Shown here in pieces: positions 1-12,350 of a stretch of DNA of 57,377 bases. Within the stretch, counting starts at the first letter, position 1. The number at the start of each line of letters is the position of its first letter. Both the position numbers and the translations under genes were made by a program. Origin of the DNA: Macrostomum lignano (lineage: Eukaryota); NCBI GenBank assembly GCA_002269645.1, contig NIVC01004160.1, positions 1-57,377 of the forward strand. The letters are read 5' to 3'. The notes under the pieces were generated by a model, which was given only the letters and a program-made list of their open reading frames with translations, was not told the DNA's origin and ran no database searches.

Positions 1-156
1 GTACTTGTTCAGGATGCTAGTAATGCTGTCTGTAAGCTCTGACAAACTGCAGAACCTGGAAGGCACTCGGTCGACTCCATAGGCAGTGTCAGGTGTATGC
101 TCTTCAGCGCCTTGGTAGCTTTCACAGCAGTGATCGGGCCAGTGTAGAAGTGCCAT
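1..156 (-). CDS. 5' coding exon of a gene running off the left edge; weakly sacsin-like
   Basis: ATG at 156 opens MALLHWPDHCCESYQGAEEHTPDTAYGVDRVPSRFCSLSELTDSITSILNKY to the window edge without a stop. It is GC-rich against AT-rich flanks. LTDSITSILNKY resembles the start of a sacsin repeat (L..I..IL..YP), but only 52 aa are visible. Confidence 0.35.
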   Translation of the reverse strand, partial: MALLHWPDHCCESYQGAEEHTPDTAYGVDRVPSRFCSLSELTDSITSILNKY

Positions 157-2225
157 GATGGGCTAGGGTGAAGCTGGCAGAAGGGAGAAGGGGAGATGGG
201 AAAGGGGAAAGCGGAACTAAATACATAAACAATTATTTATTATTAGTTTCTAAAACAAAAGGTGAAACATTTCAAAGAAATAGGTAAGTAGTTTAAAAGA
301 GGAAATGGAATGCAAATAAAAAATGAAAATATAATTGAATGTGATAATGTTTGCTATAAATATAATGTTTATAAATATTAAATATAACAATAGAAAAAAT
401 GTTCTTTATTGTTGCAAAAGAAAAGTAAATTTGCATAATTTTTAAATTTTGGCATATATGACAAGTCACATTTCCAATTTTTGGCGTATTTGGTATACAC
501 CTAAATTTTTGCCCAAAAATTCTAGCATACACTGGACACCTTCCTAATAGTTGATGTATATGATTGCTAAAAAGTATAAATAGACAATAGATAATATTTT
601 CCCTTGCTAACTTGGAATTACATTATAAGTTTTTATGAAAGAATACTTTTATATTATACTACTCTAGATACCAGTAGAAATATGTGGAATATAATATACT
701 AATAATTACAGTATAACTAATAATACAGACAATACAGAAATGATTTCAGTATAATACTACTAACTAAACAGAACTTAAACAAAATATGATAATGGCTCTT
801 TTCTAGAGTATTAGAATATCACATAAAGCAGTGTACATGCGGCATGAAATCAATCAACAAACGCAATTTGGTCACCATCTAACTGTCTCGTCTGTAGTCT
901 GAACTCATTCTACCTAAGATCTGATCTGAACTAATTCTACTGAGAGTAATGGATCTGCGATATTTAATACTTTTAGAAGAACAAAACAAGCTTATAAAAA
1001 CTAATTAAAATCAGCATCTTTGCGCTTAGATTTGCTAAAGAATCTATCTTATCACCACGATAACTCAAAATGTTGAAAACGAAACTGCTTTTTCAGAAAG
1101 AAATAAACTTAAATAACGGACAAAAAATAGCTTGTTTTAACAAACTTTAAACAAGATTCTAAATACTATCATTGTAAAAGAAGGTTTTATATCTGCAAAA
1201 ACTAGTTTTTAACTGCTAAAAATTAACATATATGTTTTTTACGTGTTTCAAACTTCAAAGGTTCATAACGCCGAAAATTTTAAACTTTGAGCGAATTTAC
1301 ATTCAACACGTTTTGTTCGCATAAAAATTTCACGACACGGAATTTTAACCGTCGAAATTTCACATTCAAAGGTTTTATCATTTAGATTTTGCGTTCTCTC
1401 TTTCGTGCAAAAAAACACAGCTGGTTTATATACAAATTGTATGCACTCTTAGCTAACTACATGTATTATTACCTGTACATGTACATGTATTCTACACAGC
1501 AATCCAACGACATCGGAAACTGGGCCGCTGTCCAAGGACTACTTAAGTTAGGACGGAAAACTACATACGTTTCTTGGTAAATTTAGGAGGCTGTAGGTTT
1601 TACCGTAAAAGACATTAGGGAGATATATAGGTTTTCGTAACTTTTCAGCACAAAATTCTTATTGCTTTATGCATGAAAGGAGGCATGACCCAATGTTTTT
1701 GCGGCCTTTCTTTATACATGTACATGTAGCTCGATTGATATTCATAGAGTTTTTTATTTATAAAATAAGGATTTTGTGTTTATTTTATATCCTACCCACG
1801 TCATGCGCCTCAAATCATAATGGCACAGCGCTCAACTCATAGTTTTTACATGTACGAGCGCTATATCAGATCTGTTACAATTTTTCTACGCAGTGAGCTA
1901 AGACTGATTGCTGCACGGGCTCGCCTGGCGTTGCTGATCGAGACCGATCATCTGCCGCCTTGCCAAAGCAAAACGAATCGGCCTGCATGACAGACTGCGC
2001 TGACAGAAATCTTTGGCGAAGAAACCGGCGCTTCGCCGCCACCGCCAAAAGCGGCATATCCTATCTAAAGCGGATCGGCACCAGCTTAACGATCCATCCA
2101 GCCAACGGATCGGTATAGCGGCAGGTGAGGCAATAATGGAGCTGCATGGGAGCGGCAGCTGTGACAGCAGATTCAACAGCGTCTGGGGCGCATCTCGGGC
2201 ACAGGCGACCCTCAGTTACTCAGCA

Positions 2226-2870
2226 ATGCCCCAAACCCCCAGTGCCCAGCATTCCTTGCAATGACTCAACCTTCAGTTCCTCAGCATTCCCCGCAATGAC
2301 CCAACCTTCAGTTCCTCAGCATTCCCCGCAATGATACAGCCATCAGTTCCTCGATCAGCATTCCCCGCAATGACCCAACCTTCAGTTCCTCAGCATTCCC
2401 CGCAATGATACAGCCATCAGTTCCTCGATCAGCATTCCCCGCAATGACTCAACCTTCAGTTCCTCAGCATTCCCCGTAATGACCCAAACTCTCAGTTCCT
2501 CAGCATTCCCCGCAATGACCCAACTCTCAGTTCCTCAGCATTCCCCGCAATGACCCCAACTCTCAGTTCCTCAGCATTCCCCGCAATGACCCAACTCTCA
2601 GTTCCTCAGAATTCAACGCTGTGACTCAACCTTCAGTTCCTCAGCATTCCCCGCAATGACCCGACTCTCAGTTCCTCAGCATTCCCCGCTGTGACCCAAC
2701 TCTCAGTTCCTCAGCATTCCCCGCTGTGACCCAACTCTCAGTTCCTCAGCATTCCCCGCTGTGACCCAACTATCAGTTCCTCAGAATTTCCCGCAATGAC
2801 CCAACTCTCAGTTCCTCAGCATTCCCCGCAATGACCCAACTCTCAGTTCCTCAGAATTCAACGCTGTGAC
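2226..2870. repeat. Minisatellite, ~31-36-bp unit (cagttcctcagcattccccgcaatgacccaactct)
   Basis: About 20 imperfect tandem copies read directly from the sequence. Confidence 0.95.
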
Positions 2871-3415
2871 TCAAGACCAAATTAAAAAACAGGAACTGAG
2901 AAGAAAAGCAATTAATAGAATCATTATCACGAATTTTTATTAAAAAAAGTTGTCAAAACGCATTGCACCGATGTATATTGAAGAATGAGTCGTAAATTTA
3001 GCAGACAAAATTTTTTTCGAAATTGCTTTACTGAGAAAAACGAATAGAGTTAAACGGAAGGATTTAACAAAATAAAGAAGGAATTTCTTCTTTGGAAGAA
3101 TATTAGACTCAGCTGGCGATTTCTCAGCCTGTAAATATTGGCAATAAATAATTGAATACAAAACCATTTCACGATTAAATACTGACTGACCGCATGCATG
3201 CATCACTGTCGAATGCTTTTAACAAACAAAAGTCTGCGTAAGTTATCAAACACGATTCATAATGATAAATGAGTAAATCTGGATTAAACTTTAACATCGC
3301 ATGCAAAAAAACGTTTATTGCACTTTTGCAAACTGATATTCAATTATCCACCAACCACTTGACTATCAGGATTATTGCACACTACACTCAGTAAGTCAGT
3401 AATAGACAGGCCTCT

Positions 3416-5475
3416 TTACCGGCACATTCTCATGGTCATGTCCTTCTGCAATTAAGACCGCATATGTTTGTTTCGTTCAATTTACTGGATAGCAGGATAA
3501 GTGCAGATAGCTCCGCCTGTCAGTCAAACATGAGGACTCACCAACGGCTCCAGTTCCTTCTTGTCCACCAGAGCGAACTCGTTCACAAAGTAGAAAAAGT
3601 GCTTGTAGCAGGTATTCACGTGAGCTTCCTGAAATATAATTATTGTTGAAAGTTCAATAAAGTACTTTTTAAACGATGTCAAACGTGAGCACGGTGGTTT
3701 GTACGCAAGCACGCATCCACACGGAGTGTTCAACGGCCTTGACTTTCACACAGGCGGAAATCACACGACAAACCCCCAGGCCAATTGATGCGCACGAGGC
3801 CCAAATTAATGTGGCTGAGCTTTTAGGTAAAAGTGTCAACAGTTAACACAGTTAGTGAGGGAACGAACTGCCTTGGGTAGGGTTTGGGGAGCCACTCCCT
3901 AGTGTCAAGCAGCTTGGGATGGCCGGCACAACTTATGTCAATGAAGGCAACGCTTGATACCAGATGTCCGAAATTGAACGCCCGAGTACTCACGGCGCCA
4001 ACAGACACCAGGTGCTCAAAGTGGTGAATATAGACGTGAACAAAGACTCGAAATAAGCGAGTGAAAATCTTCTTAACGCTGGCCAAGTAGGTCTTGGGAA
4101 ACGGCCGGCTGGAGTCGGTGGGGAAAAGTTCCTCGTCGCTGATCTGCGTCTCAACCCAGTCCATGAGCAGGTGGATGTACTCCCTGGCAGGCAGGGAGGT
4201 CGGCTTCTTGTACTGGCCCTTGTCAGCCCACTGGTACTCGTACTTGGAGCCGCCGCTCATCTTGGGGCAGCTGACCTCCGTGCACTCCTCCGCCACTGTG
4301 CCGTAGATCAGATTCACCCGGTTGTAGAAGTCCACAGCGTGCACTGCAAGCCAATCGTTGAGATCCTCGCCCTGCGGCAGCTGCACCGCAGTTTTCAGAT
4401 CGATGCCGGCGCTGAGAGACGCCATAGCGTTCTTGTGCAGCTGGTGGCGAAGTGTGCCCTCCTTGTACTTCTTCTGGGGCTTGAAGGTCTGTTGGTTTTA
4501 TTTGGAATTGTTGCAGCTGTATTTGGTTTTGCATGCTGATGAGAGATAGACATGAACAGAAGTATCAAATTAGAACTTAAACAATAAAAATAATTTATTA
4601 TCCTCATGCTATCTATATAAACCATAGATAGAAGATCTAATGTAGATGTTAATATTATTAATTAGAATGAAGTAATTTGAACTTTTTAAAAATAAGTGTA
4701 CAAATTTCTACATTTAAATTGAAGCTTCTAATATAGTCTTTTGAAGTTTTAGAAAATAGGTTTTATAAACATGCTATATTGGAACCAATTTATACACATG
4801 CATGTTATTCAAAATTTACAAAAATCAATGACAAAATATAAGTAGCTTAACAAATCTAAAATAATAGTAATACTGATGACAATATTGCACTTTATATAGA
4901 TATAGTTATAGTATTGATTGGTTATAGTGCTACTTTACTTAGTTTTATATCACTATACTATATCAATAATATATCAATACGTTATTAAGCTCAGTCTACT
5001 TCTGCAAAAATCTTGTTTCTAAAGTTAAAAATTTTAATAAAAATCTAGATCAATAAAGCTAAGCTAAGCAAGTTTATATCTACAAATCTTACACAGTTAA
5101 CCAGTTAAAGGCTGCATAAAGGTAAAAAGCATATCAGTATCAATGCATTGTCTAAAAACTCAGACTTGGTAAAAAGTCTATTTGAGGTAATTTAAATATA
5201 AAATAGCATGGCCATGCTTAAGACAAATTTTTCAGCCTACATGTACTTTTGTTAAAAGATACTTGACACAAATAGTTGAAATTTATAAATGAAGCTGATC
5301 ATGCCAATTCGTTAAGATCAAGCAAATTAAATAAAATTAATTGCACACTGCATCTGACTGAAAGATGGTATAAATATAATTAATTTAAAAAATTCAAGAA
5401 AGCCATGAGCAAAACAGCATTCAATTTTCATACCTTTTCTCGATTAAAGAACTCTTTAAATCCTCCAAATGACAT
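3416..5475 (-). CDS. MOB3: MOB kinase activator 3 (MOB3-like), 4 coding exons, 217 aa
   Basis: Exons 5475-5434 ([14 protein letters not shown]), 4488-3994 (TFKPQKK...[29 protein letters not shown]...[12 protein letters not shown]...GA), 3628-3542 ([18 protein letters not shown]...ELEPL) and 3445-3416 (KDMTMRMCR*). All introns are GT-AG, phase 0. Motifs WLAVH.VDF.NR.NLIYGT and MSGG.KYEY.W are typical of the MOB3 subgroup. Confidence 0.93.
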
Positions 5476-6717
5476 TTTAAAAAGATAATAGGTCACTGCT
5501 ATCAGGTGACGCAAAGCTAAGTTGCTAATTATGAGTTGAAGATATGTCAAAGTTCGGTCGGTCAGTCAGTCAGTCAGTCGACAAGTTTAGCTCAGGTTTC
5601 TTAGAAAACTGAAATTAAAACTCGCCACTTCCTCAATTATCGCCTTTTTCAAAATTTCACGACACATTGCAACTGAGAGTCATGAACCTTTTTTTCTAAA
5701 AAGAAACTGCTGTTTAAGAGAATTTCGTTAAATATATTTTTTGCTTTTACTACAACTGTTGCGCCTCTTTTTGCCAAGACACTGATGTATCTCTCTGGAT
5801 TATCATTTGGGCTATGGATTACATCTCCGGTATGATTATGTATTATTTAGATTATCGGTTTATAAGAACTGACATTGAAAGGCTTGTCCTTTTCGAGGTA
5901 AGTCCTGCCCGATCTCTACATGATATTTACGGAATCCGGTTATAGTTGTACTGCATAGAATACATATATACAGTTCATACGTTGTAAACCACGCGTACAA
6001 CAAAACGAATTTTCCTGTCTACATGTAAATTTTTATGCGCACAATTAGTGCTAAAATTTGAAAAACTCGTTTTTTGATCAAAGCTATGGCTACGTGTACA
6101 TGTGAATCTTTTTAAACAGGGTCTTTCACCATATTATTCACCATAGTTGTATGTCAGAATTAAGAGTAAATATCAAAACAACTTTTTTTACTCTTTTACC
6201 ACGTACTTTTTATGAAATTTTCTCCTTCTCGTTAAAATCATTAGCTTATCAAATTCGCGACTCTTGAGCTGCACCAATCTTGCTGAAATCACAAGCGCCA
6301 TACACATGAATTTTCTCGACTTGAGCTCGCCAACCATGACATGAGCTCGCGAAGGATCACTAAACAGTGCTACTAAACAGCCAAAGATAAGATTAAAGTT
6401 GAAAACCGCTGTGCTTTGAAAAAATCAAGCATAAAATTTAGCTAGCTGAAGGGCAAGATAATTAAGTGCAATAGTCTAGGCTTCGTACATGCAGTGTCGT
6501 AGGCAGAAGTCTCACTTTTGGACAGTATATTTATCTGATCCGTTGCTTTGCTGGGCTAATTTAGAGGCTTGAAGGGAGAGAAACTCTCTTCTGAATTCAC
6601 TTTCTAGAGCATTCTAGAAAATACTTTTGCCTTTTCAATTTCTAAATCGCCCAGAAGCGATTGCAAATAATCAGCCTAAATCACTGAGGTCAGAAGACCC
6701 GCACTCAGCAAATTGCC

Positions 6718-9700
6718 ATGCCATCCAGCAGAGGTGGCGGCATCAGCCTGCTGGGCCTGCCGCTTCTGCTGCTGCTCGCTGCGGCAGCTGTGAAGCCGGC
6801 AGAGTCCGTGTTCTCCTTCAAGGAGGGCAAGCAGTACGTGTACGATGTGGAGACGCACACGAAAACCAAGGACATCGGTGACCTGTTCGTCACAGGCCAG
6901 GTAGAAACAATTGTACAATCGCTTAGTGACGTGTATGCACCTGTAGGAATTTTAAAAATCAACCTAACTGCTTTTATTACCGTTAATATTTACCTAGACA
7001 GGTAATAATGCATGTAGCTTAATTTTTATCACCCATTGACTATATTGATTTAAATTTATTAAGATTAAAGAGAAAGTTAAGAAATTTTGATCAATTGCAG
7101 TTAAAAAATTTTTAATATCTTAAGGTTGGTTTGTGGCCGAGTCTCGGGTTTGGTTCATGGCCGAAGCTCGGGTTTGGTTTATCGCCGAGTCTCGGGGTTG
7201 GTTTATGGCCGAAGCTCGGGGTTGGTTTTGGACCGAATCTCGGGGTTGGTTTATGACCGAGTCTCGGGCTTGGTTTATGGCCGAGTCTCGGGTTTGGTTT
7301 ATGGCCGAGTCTCGGGTTTGGTTTATGGCCGAGTCTCGGGTTTGGTTTATGGCCGAGTCTTGGGCTTGGTTTATGGCCGAAGCTCGGGTTTGGTTTATGG
7401 CCGAGTCTCGGGTTTGGTTTATGGCCGAGTCTTGGGCTTGGTTCATGGCCGAAGCTCGGGTTTGGTTTATCGCCGAGTCTCGGGGTTGGTTTATGGCCGA
7501 GTCTTGGGCTTGGTTTATGGCCAAAGCTCGGGGTTGGTTTATGCCCGAAGCTCGGGGTTGGGCTCGGGGTTGGTTTATGGCCAAAGCTAGGAGTTGGTTT
7601 ATGGCCAAATCTCGGGGTTGGTTTATGGCCGAAGCTCGGGGTTGGTTTATGGCCGAAGCTCGGGGTTGGTTTATGGCCAAAGCTCGGGGTTGGTTTATGC
7701 CCGAAGCTCGGGGTTGGGCTCGGGGTTGGTTTATGGCCAAAGCTAGGAGTTGGTTTATGGCCAAATCTCGGGGTTGGTTTATGGCCGAAGCTCGGGTTGG
7801 TTTATGGCCGAAGCTCGGGGTTGGTTTATGGCCAAAGCTCGGGGTTGGTTTATGCCGAAGCTCGGGGTTGGTTTATGGCCAAATCTCGGGGTTGGTTTAT
7901 GGCCGAAGCTCGGGGTTGGTTTATGGCCAAAGCTCGGGGTTGGTTTATGCCCGAAGCTCGGGGTTGGTTTATGGCCAAATCTCGGGGTTGGTTTATGGCC
8001 GAGTCTTGGGGTTGGTTTATGGCCGAGTCTTGGGGTTGGTTGATGGCCGAGTCTTGAGGTTGATTGATGGCCGAGTTTCGGGGTTGGTTGATGGCCGAGT
8101 CATGGGGTTGGTTGATGGCCGAGTCTTTGCTCCGATCAGAAATGTTCCAGCATCGATATGGCTGAATCAATGAACTCGCAACTTCGCTGCTTTTATCTCA
8201 TTTTCTTGAATGTCATTGCGTCAGCTGTTTCAACCCTAACATCGATCCCCGGTTTTCAGTTTTCCATCCAGCTGCAAGGCAAGGAGCCGGATGGATCTCA
8301 GCACCTGGCCCTGACGCTGACAAAGCTGCACGCCAGGAACGGCCGAGGCCAGACTGCGGGTCAGGGCAGCGACGTCAAGCTGGATGGCTGGTTCAGCTTC
8401 CACCTGGACCCAGCCGGCCGGGTCAGCCATGTCCGGTATCCGCATGACGAGACTGCGTTCTTGGCCACTGTGAAGAAGGCCATGGTCACAGCGCTTCTTG
8501 GACACGATGACGTAAGCCCGAAAATTTCAGTTTCCATGCATATATTTCCTCTCACCGCCAAAATTTCATTGAATGACTTTTCAAAGCTGCTTTATGTAAA
8601 CCCAATTCAGGAGTACAAGTTCCACAACACTCACGAGTGGAGCACCAAGAATCGCACCATCGGTCGGTATCACACCGAGATTTCAAAGACCAGGCGCGGA
8701 GTTCATGGGAACAACGTGCACAGAAATGTCACCCATGTAAGCTTTCACACTTTTATGACAATTCTTTGCAGCACAGGCGTGCACACGATTTGCACTGGAG
8801 GAGAAGGCGAAACTCTTGGGGTGTCTTGAGCGGCACCCCTGTCTCTTGATTGGAGCAACTGTCTTTTGGTGGGCGACCCTGTCTCTTAGGTGGGTGCCCT
8901 GTTTCTTGGTGGCTGACACTGTCTCTTAGGTGGGTGCTACTGTCTCTTGGTGGCTGACACTGTCTCTTGGTGGCTGAATTTGTCTCTTAGGTGGGTGCTA
9001 CTGTCTCTTGGTGGCTGACACTGTCTCTTAGGTGGGTGCTACTGTCTCTTGGTGGCTGACACTGTCTCTTAGGTGGGTGCTACTGTCTCTTGGTGGCTGA
9101 CACTGTCTCTTGGTGGCTGACACTGTCTCTTGGTGGCTGACACTGTCTCTTGGTGGCTGACACTGTCTCTTGGTGGCTGACACTGTCTCTTGGTGGCTGA
9201 CACTGTCTCTTGGTGGCTGAATTTGTCTCTTAGATGGGTGCTACTGTCTCTTGGTGGCTGACACTGTCTCTTGGTGGCTGAATTTGTCTCTTAGGTGGGT
9301 GCTACTGTCTCTTGGTGGCTGAATTTGTCTCTTAGGTGGGTGCTACTGTCTCTTGGTGGCTGAATTTGTCTCTTAGGTGGGTGCTACTGTCTCTTGGTGG
9401 CTGAATTTGTCTCTTAGGTGGGTGCTACTGTCTCTTGGTGGCTGACACTGTCTCTTGGTGGCTGACAATGTCTCTTGGTGGCTGACACTGTCTCTTAGGT
9501 GGGTGCTACTGTCTCTTGGTGGCTGACACTGTCTCTTGGTGGCTGACACTGTCTCTTGGTGGCTGACACTGTCTCTTGGTGGCTGAATTTGTCTCTTAGA
9601 TGGGTGCTACTGTCTCTTGGTGGCTGACACTGTCTCTTGGTGGCTGAATTTGTCTCTTAGGTGGGTGCTACTGTCTCTTGGTGGCTGAATTTGTCTCTTA

Positions 9701-12350
9701 GGTGGGTGCTACTGTCTCTTGGTGGCTGAATTTGTCTCTTAGGTGGGTGCTACTGTCTCTTGGTGGCTGAATTTGTCTCTTAGGTGGGTGCTACTGTCTC
9801 TTGGTGGCTGAATTTGTCTCTTAGGTGGGTGCTACTGTCTCTTGGTGGCTGACACTGTCTCTTGGGTGGGTGCTCCTGTCTCTTGGTGGGCGCCCCTGTC
9901 TTTTAAGTCGACCCTGCCTCTTGATTTCCCTGTCTCTTGTAGCTACCCCCGTCTCTTGGTACCCTATGGCTTGGAAGGTATGCATATGCCTGTAAAAGAT
10001 GCGGCTAGAATGGAGCTTCTTTCCATCATCAAGATTGGAAATGCGCTTTTGCATTTTGGAGAAGCGTATTGCAGTTGGGAGCCATTTTTGGCGTGCGACT
10101 GGAGGCTGGACGATCTTCCAGTCGGCCCGAATGCCCTCCTGCTATAAAGGCTACTGTCATTCTCTAATTATTCCAGACCATGCACTACAATCACGTCACA
10201 CGTCTGCCTGAGAGAACTTTCATACACGATGAGATCCACTTCTTTAATGATCAACCTGAAGGGTGAGTCAGCGAAGCGTCTATCTGCCGCATGAGCATCC
10301 TCATACATGTAAACAGGTACTCTAAAATAAGGAACGTTTCTCTAATCGCAATATTTCAGCTTCGATTCGGGCGTCAAGGTCAGGAAGGGCCCACGGGTGG
10401 TGATGGACAGGGAGCACGAAGATCCGACAAGTGTGTCCAGGGTGACCACCACGGCAAAATCGGAGTTCACGCTATCTGAAGTTCGAGACGCTTCACCGAT
10501 CAAACAGAGACCAGCAAAGCTGGCGTCTGAGAATATTAACCAGACCAGGGTGAGCTCATGGAGTTGCCAGTTAGCGTTTTGAGCATCGCAGTACATGCCA
10601 ACTCACTATCCGTGTTTCAGCTGCATGAGGTGTTCCAGTCCGACTACGATTTACGAGACGTTCGGCGCGGCATCGACTCCAACCTCACCTGTATAGCCAC
10701 CGACACTGCGGAATGTGAGTTTGCTTAGCTAAATTATTTGTCAAGTTGAAAAGCTTTTGCTTGACTTTATTTTTGTCTTACGCCACTAAATTTTAGCCAA
10801 ATCCGACGCTATCGACTGCTACCACAACTTGGTTCAAATATTGCAAGGACTGTCTCAGCGAGAGCTGAATGAAATTGCTTCCATGTACTTGGACCGGCCG
10901 TATGGCAATATGTAAGCTCGCGCTTTTATTGGGATACCTGCTGTTGCTTTTGAGATCAACCGCAGCGAGCACACATGTAACTTGCTGCTTGATCTACCTA
11001 CATTTCAGCACAAAGGATCTGGAGAAGAAGAGGTTCCTGGCCATGCTGGATGCAGTCTGCAGTGTTGGCTCCGTTGCATCTGACTTGATCATCAATAAAC
11101 TGGTTCTCAAGTCCAGGAGCAGACATCCGGAGCTCGTCCAGAGGGTGCTCGTGTTTCTGGCTACAAGAAAGAACGCCCCAGCAAACGTGAGCTGAAGAAT
11201 TTGGAATGCCGTATCGAAATCGTAGAATACGGTAGTCCGCTTAAGTAGGGCTTTGAACTCGTGACTCGTGTTGCAAAATGCGTTATCAAAAAGCAAAATT
11301 TTCAATTTTAGCATTAAACTTCGCAATATTTCTCCTTCTGGATTTTCGAATTGCACATGAGCCAAGTATTGTTCGTAGGAAAAAATTGGAAGAGCATAAT
11401 ATTGCAGAGTGCAGAGTTCACAATTACATTTGTTTTTTAGTTTCGTGTTGTGATTTATTATTACCAGATATTGTTATTACCTTCTACTTAAGTCGTTCAT
11501 GACTCAAAGAGTACCAACATCCGGGTGCCATGATAAAAATGATGCTGTTTAAAAATGGTTTTAGGCCCTGGTGAATACTCTGGTCACGTTTGTGTTCAAT
11601 CCCGAGGGTCAGCCCGATATCAATGACCCGGACACTTACCACCGCTGCGTGCTTGCCCTCGGCACCGTCTGTCGCCTGATGCAAAGCTACGGCAACCAGC
11701 AGCAGAAGGCCATGGCTCAGAGCATAGTTAGCCAGCTGGAAAAATTGACCGAAGTCTTCGGTGAGTAAAAATATCAGAAATTGCTTTCATAAAGAGCTTC
11801 AAAATTGACAATTTAAAAGCCTCGCTTTCAGATCCGTACCATCACCGGTCAAAGAGGGACGTCATGGACGATGCAACATTCGAAAGGTTCATATTCTTGA
11901 AGTCTTCGCTGATTGACAGTTTAGGAAATGCCGCTTTTGAGAGTTCATTTGAGGTCATCCAGTCCTACTCTAACGAGTCGTCGGCACCCACTCTGTGGAA
12001 GCGTTCTGGGCTGCATTCTATGCGCAAATTCGAGACTATTGAGGTTTGTCTTTGTAGTAAACAGTCTGATTGCTCTCCTCAAGCGGGACTTTTATTTTTG
12101 TTTTTTGCATCCTGTTTTCAGGCAGCGTCAACAATCCTCACTGCCGCACTAACTGACTCTGACGAGCACGTTCGATACGAGGCCAGCCTGATGTACGAGG
12201 CTCATCCGTCAAAAACTAAGGATATTGCCACCATGCATCGCGAATTTGTTGAAGGGTGCGTTCAAAACGAGTTCTTTAACCCTATATGTAATTTGTTTAA
12301 ATCAATAATTATTTATTTTGCTATATATTTGCGCTCCGTGTTGTAGAATT
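6718..12350 (+). CDS. N-terminal large lipid transfer protein (vitellogenin-N/MTP-like) domain exons
   Basis: FSFKEGKQYVYDVET after the signal peptide matches the LLTP beta-barrel start. Helical-domain motifs CVLALGTVCRL, LIDSLGNAAF and KRSGLHSMRKF match the LLTP alpha-helical region (LKSLGN.G ... R..A..ALR). Confidence 0.7.

Noticed and set aside
1875-2264. GC-rich patch with short ORFs on both strands
   Set aside because: No frame gives a recognisable domain or convincing splice boundaries; may be UTR or a repeat fragment.
2226-2870. CRISPR-like appearance of ~32-bp repeats (also 21838-22117)
   Set aside because: Units are contiguous with no unique spacers, there are no cas genes, and the context is eukaryotic.
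3823-4425. ORF-track MOB protein starting at M4425 and ending ...TVDTFT
   Set aside because: Both ends are wrong: the true start is in an upstream exon (5475), and sequence after 3994 is intron read-through.
7120-8173. Long ORFs with 8-aa repeats (MAESRVWF, AINQPRDS, GLVYGRVS)
   Set aside because: By-products of a 24-bp minisatellite, open on both strands, lying between a clear donor (6901) and acceptor (8259).
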